Shown here one piece after another: positions 22,200 through 35,830 of a DNA stretch of 64,000 nucleotides (position 1 is the stretch's first letter; each line of letters begins with the position of its first letter). A model generated the notes under the pieces. That model worked only from the letters and a program-made list of their open reading frames with translations. It ran no database searches and had not been told where the DNA came from. This DNA comes from Octopus bimaculoides. Its lineage: Eukaryota. The position numbers and the translations under genes were made by a program. The stretch spans positions 96,340,640 through 96,404,639 of the forward strand of contig NC_068982.1 of the NCBI RefSeq assembly GCF_001194135.2, written 5' to 3'.

Positions 22200-24700
22200 T
22201 TACTACACTACCAAGTACACCTCTGTATTCTTGAGCTTTGAGCAGTATTGTTTTTGCAGATGTAGAATTATGTTAGTATATTTCACCATTTCTGTTATAA
22301 GATTCATTTTGTTATTTCTGATGGTGTTTTGTCTGTCATACAGTGTATGTGCTGTGTAAGTTGTGTTATTCGTCGAGTGATGTTTATGTTTTGGTATGTA
22401 GTATATGATTGGAGTTATGTCTTTTAGTGTTGGTTAGTAATTGTGTGGAATATATGTTGTGCAAGTTGTTATATTACTGAGTGGCAGTTTTGTTGAATGT
22501 GAATTGTTGGAGTTTGTTAGGTATCAGTTATGTAAGAAAATTTTTATATGTAGGGAGTGTACTGTTTGAGTTGTGCTAGTGAATTGAAAGTGTTTTGTGT
22601 AGGATGTGGGCTGTGGCCTAGTAGGGCTATCTTTTGCACTTTGTGTTATGCACTGAGCTCTGGTATGTTTTTATTTTTTTTAGTTTTTTTCTTTTTTTTT
22701 TTATCATTACTTATACTATGTTATTGGTTCTGTTTTCACTTTTATTTATGCCACACACCCTGCTTTTTTCAAGCTACTTGTACAATGACAATTTTTCTAT
22801 CTCCTTCTGGGCAGTGTTTTGGCCAAAAATGTATATTAGTACAAACACTTTAGACATATATATTACTACAAACACTTCTGTTCAAGTCTTTAATTGTCAT
22901 ATTTAGGTAATTTGCCTTGGTATTGTCTGTGTTTTTATTAGATGACTGTAGATAAGTTATCATGTATTGGGTCTAGTATATGTTTATACCTCTCCTCATC
23001 CATGTCAGGACATTATCCAATAGACATAGTTGATACTTTGTTCATATGTGTGAATATATTCAGATTTGGTAAGGACTGGGCTATTGGCATGTACTGTAGG
23101 TAGTATATGTTGATGCCACCTCTTATTCATGTCAGTATATTGTCTAATGGATATAGTTGCTGACTTGTTATCCTTGAATATACTTAGACTTGGCAAGAAC
23201 TGGACAGTTAGAAATGATGTGGTCAATTGTCTCATTGTATTAATTGCATAGTCTCTACTTGATATTAACATTTATTGTTCATTATTTTGTTTTTGTGATT
23301 GTGTCTAGACATCAGTCTTGTTAAGCTAAAATCAGACATGTTTCTCTTTTTATATATAATTTTGGACCATTGTTGGCTTTCACACTACAATCTTTCTGTC
23401 AAGTTTATGGAGCATTAGCCATGGAGTGGCTTTTCTCTTCATTTTTTTTTTTTTCCTTAGACTTTGAAATTCCATTTTGATTTTTTTTTAACCTTTTTCT
23501 GTTGTTTTGCTCTTTTTCAATTGTTTCTCCTTCTGTGTAGTTATTTTCTAGTCTGTACTTTGTTTCCCTATACATAACAATTTTTGTTTTCCCCATATTT
23601 CTTATCGGTTCCTTTTTACTTTTAAGTATTTTTTTTTAGTTCTGCTGTTGTTACTTTGTAGTAGTTTTCTATTTGTGTCCGGCTCCTCTCTCCTTGGATG
23701 TAGGATAGGTATATTCTATCTATATTCTATCTCTTGGAAAAAACACATTTTTGAAGTGTCTAAGCTGTATGATTTTGCTGATATGATTTGCTTAAGCTTT
23801 TCTTATGCTTTCAGGATACCATTTAATTGATAGACTTTTCAGCTGTCTGGATTCTTTTCCCCCTCCTCATTTCATGTCGGACTCCTCAACTTCCATTTTG
23901 CTACTTATGGTCAGGTCTTTCTGTATATTTTTTCCTGTTTCTTGTTTATATTTTCAATGCTGTTGTATGATCCAGGTTCCTTACTGTATCAGGATAAAAT
24001 CTAGTTTCCTCCAATACTACAGCTGCTATGAATATATTAGATTATTCAGTTTGCTTCCTGTGGACAGAATTTCTTGCAGGTTCTATTAGATTAATTTCTT
24101 TTTATGTGGTGCTGTTTGTTCATGTGTAACTTGGGCAGTTGTTAATGTTGATCCATGTTTAAGATTTTATGTTCCTTTTTTATTCTTCCTGTTAGGTACT
24201 CTTCAGTGCTTAACTCTGATTGATCTGTTGTGGAGTACTTTTATTTGTTGTTAAGTAGGAGGTCAAGTGCATGTACTTCTATGGTGTTCATTGTCAGTTT
24301 TGATTTTAACTCTTTATTTGTTGTGCCTGCTTTTGAATTTCTCATATTTCTTCTTTGTTTCTTGTGCAGTGGGGTCTGTCGTCATTTCTTTGTGTTTTGC
24401 GGGTTCATTTATTTGAAGTGGAGGTCATCTTAATATTATTGTTTTTTCTTTTATGGAGTCTTGTCTGTTTTGTGTATAAGAGATACTGTTGTGATACTTC
24501 CATTTATTTGTGGCAGTTCATCTTTTTTCTGTGTGATATATTGTTATAGTTTCAGTGAGTTCTTTTATGTAAGTTGTTCTGTTTCAAGTTTTGAGATTGT
24601 TATTCTTTATTATAAATCCTCTTACATTAGAAAGTGTGTTTGCTTTGATATTTTCACTCATTTATTGATGTGTAACAGGGATGTAAATGTTGGTTAAACA
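22200..24700 (-). mobile_element. Highly degenerate LINE remnant
   Basis: Long strand-biased stretch; minus-strand fragments such as GKTKIVMY...EGETIEK resemble the post-RT KTK.M...I.G..IE motif. No intact ORF. Confidence 0.4.
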
Positions 24701-27290
24701 TTTTCTTTTAATTTTTTTTTATTCACGGTGCTTGTAGTAAGAGATAAACCTTATTCTTAAGAATTAACCTTCTGATAAGACTCACATCATTTCTGAATAA
24801 TAAGTTACATTATTTTTATATTGAACTCACATTAAACTTACATTGTGAAATACATTGAGCATCATTGATTTGGCTAGTTGTATGTTTTTTGTTCTTTAAT
24901 ATTTCAACAGACATAGTTTGATTTGTTTTTAAATAGTGTTGGTTTTATTTGCAGTTAATTTTGTTTTGTTATTGTCCCTAGTATTCATTTGTTCTTCATT
25001 TTCATATTGAAGAGATTGAAGACAGACATTTTCTTCTATTTTTGCCATACCTTTCCTGATTTTCCAAATTACACTTGGAAGTGAATTTTCTTGAAAGGCA
25101 AGTGAGATTGATAAGCATAGTATAAACAAATAGGCCTAGGTTAGCACAAATAGACCATAACAAGAGGCAAGATGCTGTCAAACATGTCCAACCGTTGCAA
25201 GCATAGACAAAAATGATGCTGGTGTTTCATTTTGGAAATTATTAGAAAATGAGTTATGTGTTGTATTAATAAAGACAGGTGTCAAAACTAGTCAGCTTGT
25301 GTAAGAGAGGAAAGTTAAGATTAGTTACACCTTTGTAACTGAGAGTAAAACTAAGATGCCAAGAGCATGTATATATATGAGAGTGAAGTAAAGACTAGTC
25401 ATACTTGAGTAGCTCCAAATTAGCTCTGATCAAGCAGAGCTATGGTTAAAGGTATTCCAGCCCTGACCATCCTGCCTTTTTTATTCAGGTAAAGTATACC
25501 TCAAACTATATTATCCAACGTGTCTTTCATTTTATAAGACAGTAGAGTGGAATTAAAGGAGATTTGACTTTTGTTTCTAAGCAGTTGGTATGACCACAAA
25601 GTGGCTTCCTTGTTGACTCACAAGACTAGTTAATAAGATTGTGTCTGAGAGGGAAGTTATGTCTGGTGGTAAATTGTGTCTAAGAGAAAGAACTAGACCT
25701 GCTAAAGCACGTCTGAGAGTAAACATGGTTAGTCAAAAGGTTTCTGTTTAGAAGGAATTTGTCTGGTGTCTGAGATGGCAATTAAGACTAATTATGTCTT
25801 GAAATGAAAGTTAAGACTGATAGGTTGTATTTGTGACATGAATGAGTTTGTTGCTTGTGTTTAGGAGGTAAGATTTAAAAGTAGTGTATCTATGAGAGGG
25901 AGTTGTATGTTAAGACAAATGAAATCAAGTCTATTTGAGGCATTAAAGATAGTAACTTGTGCCTGAGAGGGAATCGAAAAAGGGTCTGCTTTGTCATATT
26001 GCTACATTCAGCTGCTTAGAAGCTTTACACTTTTTCTGTAGAGTATACTCATCCCATCCTTCCCCATTTCTTTTTTCTTTTTCTTTCTTTTTCACTTTCT
26101 TTGTTGTTGTCATTGTTGATGGTGTTGTTACTGCCTTGTTGCTGTCATTACTGTTACTGCTGCTCTTTTTGATGTTGTTGTTGGTGGTGGTGCTGGTATT
26201 GCCGATCTTCATTCTTATTACCTATCTTTTTTATCCTTCCATTTTTCTTTCTTTTTCCTCATTCCTATATTATTATTCTCATTCCTTTTTTATTCTTAAT
26301 TTCTCATATAATAATTTCTCTGTATTTTATTAACCTCTAACTGGTTCATCCATTTTTTTCTTTCCACAATTAACACAATAGAAAAATTAAAGAGTATTTT
26401 TAGATTTTTCTTTATCCACCCACTCACTCAACAAGTCTGCTATCAAACTTTTTTCTAGGCAAACAACGTTTCTTTCTGAAATCTTTTTATTTGATTTCTT
26501 TCTCAATTGTCTGGAAAACTGTCTAATTTCCACACAAAAGTTATCACAGTTGATACTGTAAAGATTACTAGCTTATTTTAGAGTGGACTTATTTTTAGAC
26601 TGCTGTAATGTTAAAAATAAATACTCTGCCAAGGCATAGTTATTCATATGATGAAAGACGAGATACATACACTTGAAGCTATTTTGATTAATCTTTTATT
26701 CTTAGAAGGTTTTGAGTTGTTTTTAATGCTTTTTTTTTTTTTTTGTCATATGGAGTAATTCCTGTCAACTCTTCACAAACTGGTGATTTGTGGCACAGAA
26801 CTAAACTATCAAACCTAGACCCATTAACGTATAATTTTCACCAATTCAGAACATCAGATATTTCTCCAGGAAGTTAACTGGAGAGTTTGTATGTGGCCAC
26901 TTAACCTGCTGGAAGTAACAAACCAATCTCCCTCAAATCACTTTCATTGTTAAAAAAAAATGTGAATGCAATGGTTTAGTGATTAGAATGTTAGTCATAA
27001 TCGTAGTTCAGGGTTTCAATTCCCTAACTGTGCAATATGCATTTTTGAGTAAAAATATTTCATTTCACTCCAGTTCATTCAGCTGACAATGAGCACCAGT
27101 AACAACTTGAGGGTTAACCTTAGGTAGATTGGTATTCTGTTTAGAGAGGGTAGAATATTGTATACCTGGTTGTTTATATGCCATGGAAACCAGGATTAAC
27201 TCTAACCTAAAATGGCTGTAGACTTGAGGCAAGCCTAAGACTAAGACTTAAATGGTAGCTCATGTTAAAAAATATAGTAAGTAAAGTGTG

Positions 27291-27319
<29 letters not shown>

Positions 27320-27325
<6 letters not shown>

Positions 27326-27625
27326 GGACTCTTCTGTTGAAGATAGTGTATGAACGTTCAGGTTTTTGCCAAACAACCTGCACAAATGACTTGTTTATCG
27401 TGATCAAAATGTATGTATTGTACATTAACTCACTTCCTCCATCAAATCAATGTTGCCTGAACAGGTGCACTGTTTACCACACATCGGGTGTCAAAGTGAT
27501 TGCAGAGCAACGCAAGATGAAATATTTGGCTCAAGAACACAATGCACCACCCAGTCTAGGAACTGAAACCACAATCTCATGATTATGAGTCCAACTCCCA
27601 AATCACTAGGACATGCATCTCCACA
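27320..27625 (-). mobile_element. tRNA-derived SINE
   Basis: Minus strand GTGGAGATGCATGTCCTAGTGATTTGGGAGTTGGACTCAT...GGTTTCAGTTCC...GCATTGTGTTCTTGAGCCAAATATTTCATCTTGCGTTGCTC, with (TA)n at its 3' end. Confidence 0.7.
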
Positions 27626-27855
27626 CACAAACACATGTGCACGGATAGTATTATCATGACTAGAATACCTTTGATTATAAATGTGCTCAAACAGGGCTAA
27701 CCTATGATAAACAAAAGGTGATAAAAAATAACTTTTACTTTGGGACTATGTTGTAGATCCTGTGTTTTGAATTAGCTAGATCTATAAAACTAGATAGACA
27801 GGTATGAAATGAAATTTTCGAAAAATACCAAATGAAATACTTATAGAAAAGATTA

Positions 27856-28182
27856 TCTATATATATAAAAATGAGAATGTGTGTCTGTCTGTCTGTCTGT
27901 CTGTCTGTGTGTGTGTATCCCTAAAACTTGAGAACTACGCAACCAATTTCATTCAAATTTTACAGATGCCTTACTTAGGGTTCCAGTTGTGTTTTAGTAA
28001 AAAAATTTTTTAACTTCTTGCATAGTTCGAGCCCACGGCAACATAATATCTCCTCCACTATTTAAGTATTACGTGTCAAAAGTGAAACAAAAACACTCAT
28101 GTCAAATACTTTCACTTTAAAAATGAAACTATTCCACTAACTGAAACAATCACATTTCGATACTATAATGACAGATACTGTC

Positions 28183-28225
<43 letters not shown>

Positions 28226-29045
28226 AAGATATATATATAGATATAGATCTATATGCATACATGTATATGTATACATATGTGTAGATGTATATATATAGAT
28301 GTACATGTAATATGTACACATATATACATATATATACATGCATACAGATATCTATACATATACACACCCNNNNNNNNNNNNNNNNNNNNNNNNNNNNNNN
28401 NNNNNNNNNNNNNNNNNNNNNNNNNNNNNNNNNNNNNNNNNNNNNNNNNNNNNNNNNNNNNNNNNNNNNNNNNNNNNNNNNNNNNNNNNNNNNNNNNNNN
28501 NNNNNNNNNNNNNNNNNNNNNNNNNNNNNNNNNNNNNNNNNNNNNNNNNNNNNNNNNNNNNNNNNNNNNNNNNNNNNNNNNNNNNNNNNNNNNNNNNNNN
28601 NNNNNNNNNNNNNNNNNNNNNNNNNNNNNNNNNNNNNNNNNNNNNNNNNNNNNNNNNNNNNNNNNNNNNNNNNNNNNNNNNNNNNNNNNNNNNNNNNCTG
28701 CAATGTGGTGCATAAATTGTCAAGTAAATGAGACGCATCTTTGCCTCCACTGATTCACTTGCAAAGTGTTGAGTAAAATTATTTCATTGCAGACCTCCTT
28801 TGAGTCTTTTTATTATCACTGCGACACACATAGTCCCCAGTTGGTAACATTGATTTCAAGGCCTTCCCAGATGAGAGACTGGCATTCCACTTAATGTCTA
28901 TGTTCCATGCTGGCATGGATTGGAGAGTTATTAATGTAGAAATATGGTATCGTAGCTACTAACAGTTGAGGGTTGCGTAGTCTAGACGGCGTTTTTAGAT
29001 TTCATTATTCTCTTTAACCCGGGCAAAGCCGGGTATTTCTGCTAG
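27856..29045 (+). mobile_element. Non-autonomous Helitron spanning an N-gap
   Basis: 5' A|TCTATATATATAAAA followed by a (GTCT)n tract; 3' GC-rich hairpin CCCGG-GCAAAG-CCGGG (29018-29033), then CTAG|T at 29042-29046. These are canonical Helitron termini at an A|T insertion site. Confidence 0.85.
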
Positions 29046-29179
29046 TTATTAATATAATTGTTGGAGAAAATATTTAGCAGAATTTATTCATGCTTTTTAT
29101 GTCCTATTTTCAAATCCTGTTAAGGCCAACTTTTCCTTCCATCCTTCTGGGATTAATAATATACAGTAGTAGTAAAGTG

Positions 29180-30238
29180 CTGGAGTTGATATAACCAATT
29201 GTTTCCCTTCCACAAAATTTCAGGCCTTGTGCTATTGAAACAATTATTAAAGGTGGGGACAATGGATTGATAGAATCATTATTGTGTTGCAGCATTTGTT
29301 TGAGTTATGAAATTCTGCTGAAGTCAGTAAAATAACTAAGTCTTGTGGTGTATTCATTTAATCGTTTACTCACACTGTAATTTATAGCGTTGTTTGTAAA
29401 TTATAATTATTAAGTAAGGCAATAGATTGGTAGAATCATTTAGAGCATTGGAAAAAATGCCTTGCAGCATTTGTTCTGGCTCTTGACATTCTAAGTTCAA
29501 ATCTTCCCAAGGTCAGCTTTGCTTTTGATCTCTTCAAGGGACAAAATAAAGTATCAGTAATGTACTGGGGTTGAGATATCAACTAGCTTTCTCCAATAAA
29601 AAAAACTTCTGGCCTTGTGCCTGAATTAGAAGCAATTATTTTTATTATTAAGCTATGAAATTGTTCTACATGCTGACTTGTGGAACGATGTTAAACAGCT
29701 ACCTTTGCATATCAGATAGATTCACTATTAACCAAGTCCATTCATAATGGAAGGACATGCAGTTTTCTTGACTGGTAGCTGTAGAATTTATATGGTTGAC
29801 AAGATTGAAAGGACTAAGAACAAACTTTCTTCTTCAACCAAGTGCTCTTCAAGTTCTACTTGACATTGAGAGGAAGGTGATGTTACTCACCAAAGAATTT
29901 CCTGGTGAGTAACGGTGAATGAAAATAGCTAGAAGGTTTGAATGAATGAAAGGTGAGTGAAAATAGCTAGAATGTTTTGAATGAATGCACATCTGCAGGT
30001 CAGAGAACACAACCAGGAGAGGGTATTTGTCTTTCGTAATCAGAGAAGTCTTGGATATACAGGATTATTTGAGTGGGCCTCAGTATTGCCACCTGTTGGG
30101 AGCATCTCATTTTATATCTTTTGTATACTTTTGTATGTTTGCTTTTTTTTTCTTTTAATGATTTTCCACAACTACCATAGGCCATTATTTTTTTGTAATG
30201 TATCCTTGTTCTCTTATTCATTGCCTTTGTGGCAGATA

Positions 30239-30287
<49 letters not shown>

Positions 30288-30920
30288 GTAGTAGTCATAG
30301 GATAGTAGATTGGTACAATCATTAAAATATTGATCAAAATGTCTTGCAGTATTTCTACCAACTCCTTACATTCTGAAATCAATCCCTGCTAATGTCAATT
30401 TTGCCCTTCATCTGTCTGACATCAATAAAATAAAGTACCAGTCAAGTACTGGTCTTGATTTAATTAACTCTGTGGGTATAGTAAAAACAATTATTATTTA
30501 GCGCTATTGGTTGGCAGAAAAAATACTTTGTGGTATTTGTTCTGGCTCTTTATATTCTGAGTTCAATTCTTACTAAAGTCAACTGTACCTCTTATTCATT
30601 TAGGGCTAATAATGTACCAGTATGTGCTGGGGTTGACACAATCAACTAATTTCATGGTCCCTTGAAATTGCTGGTATTGTACCTAAATCAGAAACTGTTA
30701 CAAGACAGTAAGCCGGTGGAATTGGTTGAGTGGTAGAAAAATGTCTAGCAGTATTTCTCCTGGCTCTTTACCTTCTGAGCTCAAATCCCACCTAGATCAA
30801 CTTTCCCTTTCATTCTTTTGGGGTTCATAAATTAAAGAACCAATCAAGTACTGGGCTGTATGATATTGTCTAATTCTCTTCCCCAAAAGTACTGGCCTTG
30901 TGCCCAAATTAGAAACAGTT
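29180..30920. mobile_element. Cluster of ~5 SINE family B copies
   Basis: Copies at ~29180-29330 (-), ~29420-29640, ~30300-30470, ~30505-30690 and ~30710-30920 (+), each with TTCTGAGTTCAAAT/TCAACTTTGCCTTTCAT/AAAGTACCAGT/GGCCTTGTGCC motifs. Confidence 0.75.
29715..29900 (+). mobile_element. Degenerate CR1/Jockey-like LINE post-RT fragment
   Basis: Frameshifted translation QV(H)S-IME..AVF.TGS..IYMVDKIERT...ALQVL..ERKV resembles QVR..MEY...VW.GA...LLDRVQ.RA...LQ.L.HRR.V. Confidence 0.4.
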
Positions 30921-31344
30921 GCTGCTGTTATTATTTTCAGTACTTTCACACAAGTTTTTCACTGCATCACTGCTTTTGTGAGATGTGCGTAGTATAGTTA
31001 CTTTGGTATAATAAGATGATATTTGTATTGCATTTAATTTACTTTGCTGTGAGGTTTTTTTGTTTCTTTTTTATCTTGCTATTGTTCTTGTTTGTTGTAA
31101 AAGCCTATATAGCGTTAAAAGAAGGTGGTTATAAGATATGTTGTCTAGGAATTAGCTTTGTGATTGAATTGAAAGTGTCTTACATTGAATGTTTGCTATT
31201 TCTTGAATTTAATTTATAGTTGTGAGCCGTGGTATGGTTTCTCGTTTTATTCATGTTCCTTCTTTTTATTATACTTAATGTACTAAATATTATTATTACT
31301 ATTTTAATTGCAGTATATTACATCATTACACACTTAATTTCTTT

Positions 31345-31640
31345 TCCCCTATGGAGCATACACCACCAACTTCTCTCCACTATTCTCCACTCTGGATAGT
31401 AAGGCCTTCCTCTCCTGGGTCTTGTTAGTTTTGCATTGTCATTAATGCTTCTGTAACTTTGCTTTTTACTTATCGTAATTAGGGATTGTTGGTCCTACAC
31501 AAACCCTTTTCCATCTGTGGAGAGAGATGATCCATATTAGTTTGACCTGTCCAATGAGGAGCTTGTGCTTTACTGGCATAGCTCTCAGAGTCATTGAGCC
31601 ACACAAGCCATCACACTATAACAAGGACTTGACCAAGGGT
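31345..31640 (-). mobile_element. Internally deleted (bipartite) RTE-like element
   Basis: An RTE 5'UTR-like segment (GGCTTGTGTGGCTCAATGACTCTGAGAGCTATGCC...GGACAGGTCAAA...) is joined to an RTE 3'-end-like segment (GTGGAGAGAAGTTGGTGGTGTATGCTCCATAGG...TTAAGT). Family assignment is from memory. Confidence 0.45.
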
Positions 31641-32608
31641 CATCACATTCTGTTTATTTCAATTCCTTCTAAGCAGTGTTTAGTTTGGAAAGGATCAAGA
31701 TGTCTATCTGAGTGCATAGTTTTTTTTATATTTTACCAGTTTAAACAAACATTTCCCAAATAATTTCAGCCTTTTAAGTGCCTCATATGTTCTTATATCA
31801 TTTACTCTCAATATATATCACTGGTAAAAATGGCTGATTTGATAAATTGTTAGATTGTTCCCACAAGTTCAGTTTTATTGCTGACATTTTGTTGTGTATT
31901 TGAAATGAACACTTAATTTTACATTGCCTCATGTTACGTGGATTTTCTTTGAAACTTACCTACAATAGACTTTCCTTCTGTCAATTGGTGAATTTATTTC
32001 TTATCTACTTAACTTCATGGATGGATTATTGTGGATCAGGAAAATATTAACTTTAATGTAGGATGTATGATTAAAACAACTCCAGAAGTTTAGAAATTGG
32101 CAGGAAGAGCAAAAACCAAATACTACATTGGTTTGAACATGTAATTCAAGTTTGTATTTGTTTAATGTGAAGATGATGGTTGGCATCCATGAACTTTGAA
32201 AGCTTTCCCAGTAATGAACTTGAGATTCTCTGTGTTGATGTCAGGTTGGGAAAAACGTGTATACTGTATGTGTCAAAGGTCTGAAGAGGAATGGTGTGGA
32301 AAATTTATTTTAGAGAGTGTTGTACTTTTTCATCCAAAGGGCTTATAGTATGTTATCAACTTGACCGATAATATAAAAACAAGGCATCATCTATGAAATT
32401 GCATAATATTGTAGATAAAACTGTCAAATCTTCTTGCAAAACCCTAGGTGACTTGGGAGGGGGGGAAGGACCCATTGGAGACAATGTACTACTAGATGCA
32501 CAGTATCTGGGAGAAAGATAGGATGGTCATGGCTGGAATCTATTTGATTGTATATATATATATACCGCTGCCGTAGTCTCCTTTAGAGAGACTTAGAAAT
32601 ATTAATAA

Positions 32609-32646
<38 letters not shown>

Positions 32647-32750
32647 GGTGAGCTACAATCACTAGTTGAACAGTCTATAGACCTATCAAAACAAGTCTTG
32701 ATATCCCTCTGGATGGAACATCTGACTGCTACACTGCAACTTATACTGTA

Positions 32751-32975
32751 CCACCAAATATTCTTTTCTACTCTAGGCACAAGGCCTGACATTTTTGGAG
32801 AGGGGCACCAGTCAATTAGATCAATGCCAATATGCAACTGGTACTTAATTTATTGACCCCAAAAGGATGAAAGCAAAGTTGACATCAGTGGAATCTGAAC
32901 TCAGAACATAAAGACAGTCCTAATACCGCTAAGCATTTTGCCTGGCATACTAACGTTTCTGCCAGATTGCTGCCT
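32751..32975 (-). mobile_element. SINE family B copy
   Basis: CTAGGCACAAGGCCTGAC...ACTGGTACTTAATTTATTGACCCCAAAAGGATGAAAG...CTGAACTCAGAAC...CTAACGTTTCTGCCAG. Confidence 0.85.
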
Positions 32976-34764
32976 TTGTACTACCAAATATTGCATGATT
33001 AACTGTGCAGTATGGTTCAAAACCAGACTAAAGAACAGTATGTCAAGTATGTGCTGAACATGTGATTAGCTGTATATCTTTGATATGGGTTTTGTTAAAC
33101 AGACAAGACTAGGTCTTCTCCAACAATAACAGTATGAGCCAGTGAGAGAATCTTTACATAATTACTTGGCATGTGAAAACAATTGACAAATTTTGTCAAA
33201 ATCACATTCATCCTCTCCAAAGGGGAAGGACATATTGCATAATGTAATCCTATATATGTACATTATCTGAAAATAAGATGTGATAGTTAGGCCTGGAATG
33301 CTTTGACCATAAGTCTGTTTGATCAGAACGGACTTTGGGCTGAACAGTTTTGTTTACTGTCTGACTTGACTTTCTATATATTAAACCAATTTGGACTCAC
33401 AACTCATTGGTTGGTAGCATTTTAACTATTTCAGCAGGAAAATGATTGCAATTGATTACATGAATACCAAAGAGTTCTGATAACCTGCAGTAATCCAAAT
33501 CTAGAGTTCAATACCCAGTTAAACCATCTCATTTCATTTAGAATATCTGGTTGTTCATAATAGCCTGGAGAGGGAGAAGGCTAACTTGGCCTCAATGTAT
33601 GTGCAGAGCTAATGACATTAATAAGGTATTGAAAGAGAGGGTGGCGGTGGTCATTATTGTTTACAGACATTCATTGTTTGATCTAGTTAAGAAAGAATAT
33701 GCTTTCCTTTGTAGCTCAGTAGAACACCTAGGTGAATAGGCTACCTCTATATCTCTCCTGAAGAGGTGTTGATTAGGCAAGATAATACCAAACAAAATTC
33801 TATACAAGTGGCTTATTTATCAACTGTCACATCTATGATAGGGATTTAATACCTACTGCGTCTATACTATCATTCAAAGTACACCTGGCTCTTCACTTGC
33901 TTAGAGTGACCATGACAACCACTTGTACTGTAAGCAGTGTGGGAATTCGATTGGAATCGTAATAGGGAGTATAAAGGGTAGATTTGAAAATGAAAATAAC
34001 ATAGCACACCTTTAATGGTTCATTGATCTGTAAACAAAGTAATGTGTATAGCATTTTTATTTATCTAGCATACACACACACACACACACATTCAATTAGG
34101 TGAATTTGTGTGGGTGGATGCATGTTAGATAAGGGGTTACACACCCACACACATATATACACACACTTAGAATATAATTTTAATTCTAAAAATGCAAAAT
34201 ACTGACTCATTTTTTTTTTGTTTAAAAGAAGAGCAAGCTGTGTCACTAAAATCTTGCAGTTACTTCTTTTTAGCATTTAGTAGTTCTTGAGTTTAGTTTA
34301 CATTGAGATTGACTTCTAGAAATGTATATTTTTATTTAAAGCCTTGAATTCACTCCACCACTCTCTTGCTTATAGATTCATTCATTCATGTAATAAAATT
34401 TGTGAAGCTTGGAGTAGCCACAGAGTGAATCAAGTTTCTAATTTTTTTTAATAAAGTTTCCTTGTAATGAGCTCTTTTTCTCCCATTTGCATAAAGAAAC
34501 GCCCCCTCCCCGTGCACTTCACACAACATTTAATATCTATTCCTTCAAGTTTGAATCTTTTCTGTGGCTTTTAGGTTTCTGCTGTAAGATTTTGCTGTAA
34601 AAAAGCATCTGTGTTTTGATTAGCAAGAGTTTGAGGTTCTTTGCCATTTAAACCTCCAGGTTAGCCCTGATTGAGATGATCTAGAGTGATTGGCATTCCA
34701 GTTATAACCAGTACTTTGGGATAGAGCTTCCTGTTTGACATGGCCATGCCAACTTGAATGTTTT

Positions 34765-35830
34765 CTCATGTGTTGTATCTATCCATCATAAGTACATGGT
34801 TCTTACCAGTGAGATTTTACCTCTTTCACCAATCTCAAAACGACATTGTCGGTAGTATCATCTAGCTCCTCTACTTTTCTGTCACCTCCTCTCTGTGTAT
34901 TTTTCTGCATTCATGATGCATTCTGTTTCCTCTTCACACAAAATGATTTTATTACAAATTTTATGGGTTTGTCTTTTGTTCATGCACATCTTGTTTTTGG
35001 TTAATATCATCCCTTCATCTAGGCTAAGCTACTGCTCTGAGTTGTAATGCTCATGAAATTTATTCAGCAGTGTGTTGAGTAGTGGCCTAACTTTATATAT
35101 CTTGTCTGATTTGTCTATGGTTTCATCATTTTCATTGATTACATGAAGGTATGGGTATGCCCTAAAAGTAAATCACCTGGCCCTTGACATAACTTCTTCG
35201 AAGTCATATGTGTGTGTGACAAGTTTTTTGCCATCTGACTCCCTGTATATACTGTAGCTTAATCACACAAATTTCTGTTTCAAGATGCAGGCCCATAAAG
35301 GTTTTGCTTCTTCAACACTAAAGACTTTTGCAATTTTTACAATAATATTTATTGGGGGTTGTTTCTCAGGCCTGCATGGCAAGCAGATTGGTTTGGTAGG
35401 TGAGGTTTTCCAAGAATTGATCATCCAGAAATATGTTCACAAATTCAGTTGGCTTACACTCACCATTTATGCTATCTGGAATGTTTTTAGACTCACAATT
35501 TGAAGCATCAAATGGGTCTGTGCCAATAGCGTCTGCATAGTCTTTGCAGGCATTCAATTTTGTAGTGCTACGCCCCCTTTTTGCACCACAGGATTCATTA
35601 TCCAAATCATCTTCACTGTCACTGCTTTCACTTCTTACACTGTGCCTGTCGTTGTCAGAAATAGATTCCAAGTCACTATCTGAGTAATCCACATAATTTT
35701 TGGCAGTTAATTTCCTGAATTTATCCAATATGTTAAACTGGCTCTTATATCTTGATCCTGATGGCCCTGGCACATTTTCACACACTAGAGCTTGTTTCAG
35801 TGTGAAATTTCTCCCTGTTTCTACAAGAAC
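34765..35830 (-). pseudogene. piggyBac transposase pseudogene (N-terminal half through the second catalytic Asp)
   Basis: Minus strand, with stops and frameshifts: acidic N-terminus (SDSEDD), PTEFVNIFLDDQFLENLTYQTNL, SVEEAK/TFMGL, FEEVMSRAR, LHV..N...DKIYKVRPLLN..LNKFHEHY, LSLDEGMI, KPIKFVIK, LCEEETECIMNAEKYT and NHVLMMDRY. This matches the ordered piggyBac (DDE_Tnp_1_7) motifs. Confidence 0.9.

Noticed and set aside
25165-25177. 13-nt match to the miR-31 5' sequence (AGGCAAGATGCTG)
   Set aside because: The 3' part diverges, there is no complementary arm for a pre-miRNA hairpin, and the context matches a decayed SINE/RTE tail (TGTCAAACATGTCCAACC...GCATAG).
29785-29904. 120-nt open, symmetric exon candidate (FIWLTRLKGL...KEFP)
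   Set aside because: The open frame is better explained by a degenerate LINE remnant, and the acceptor has a competing upstream AG.
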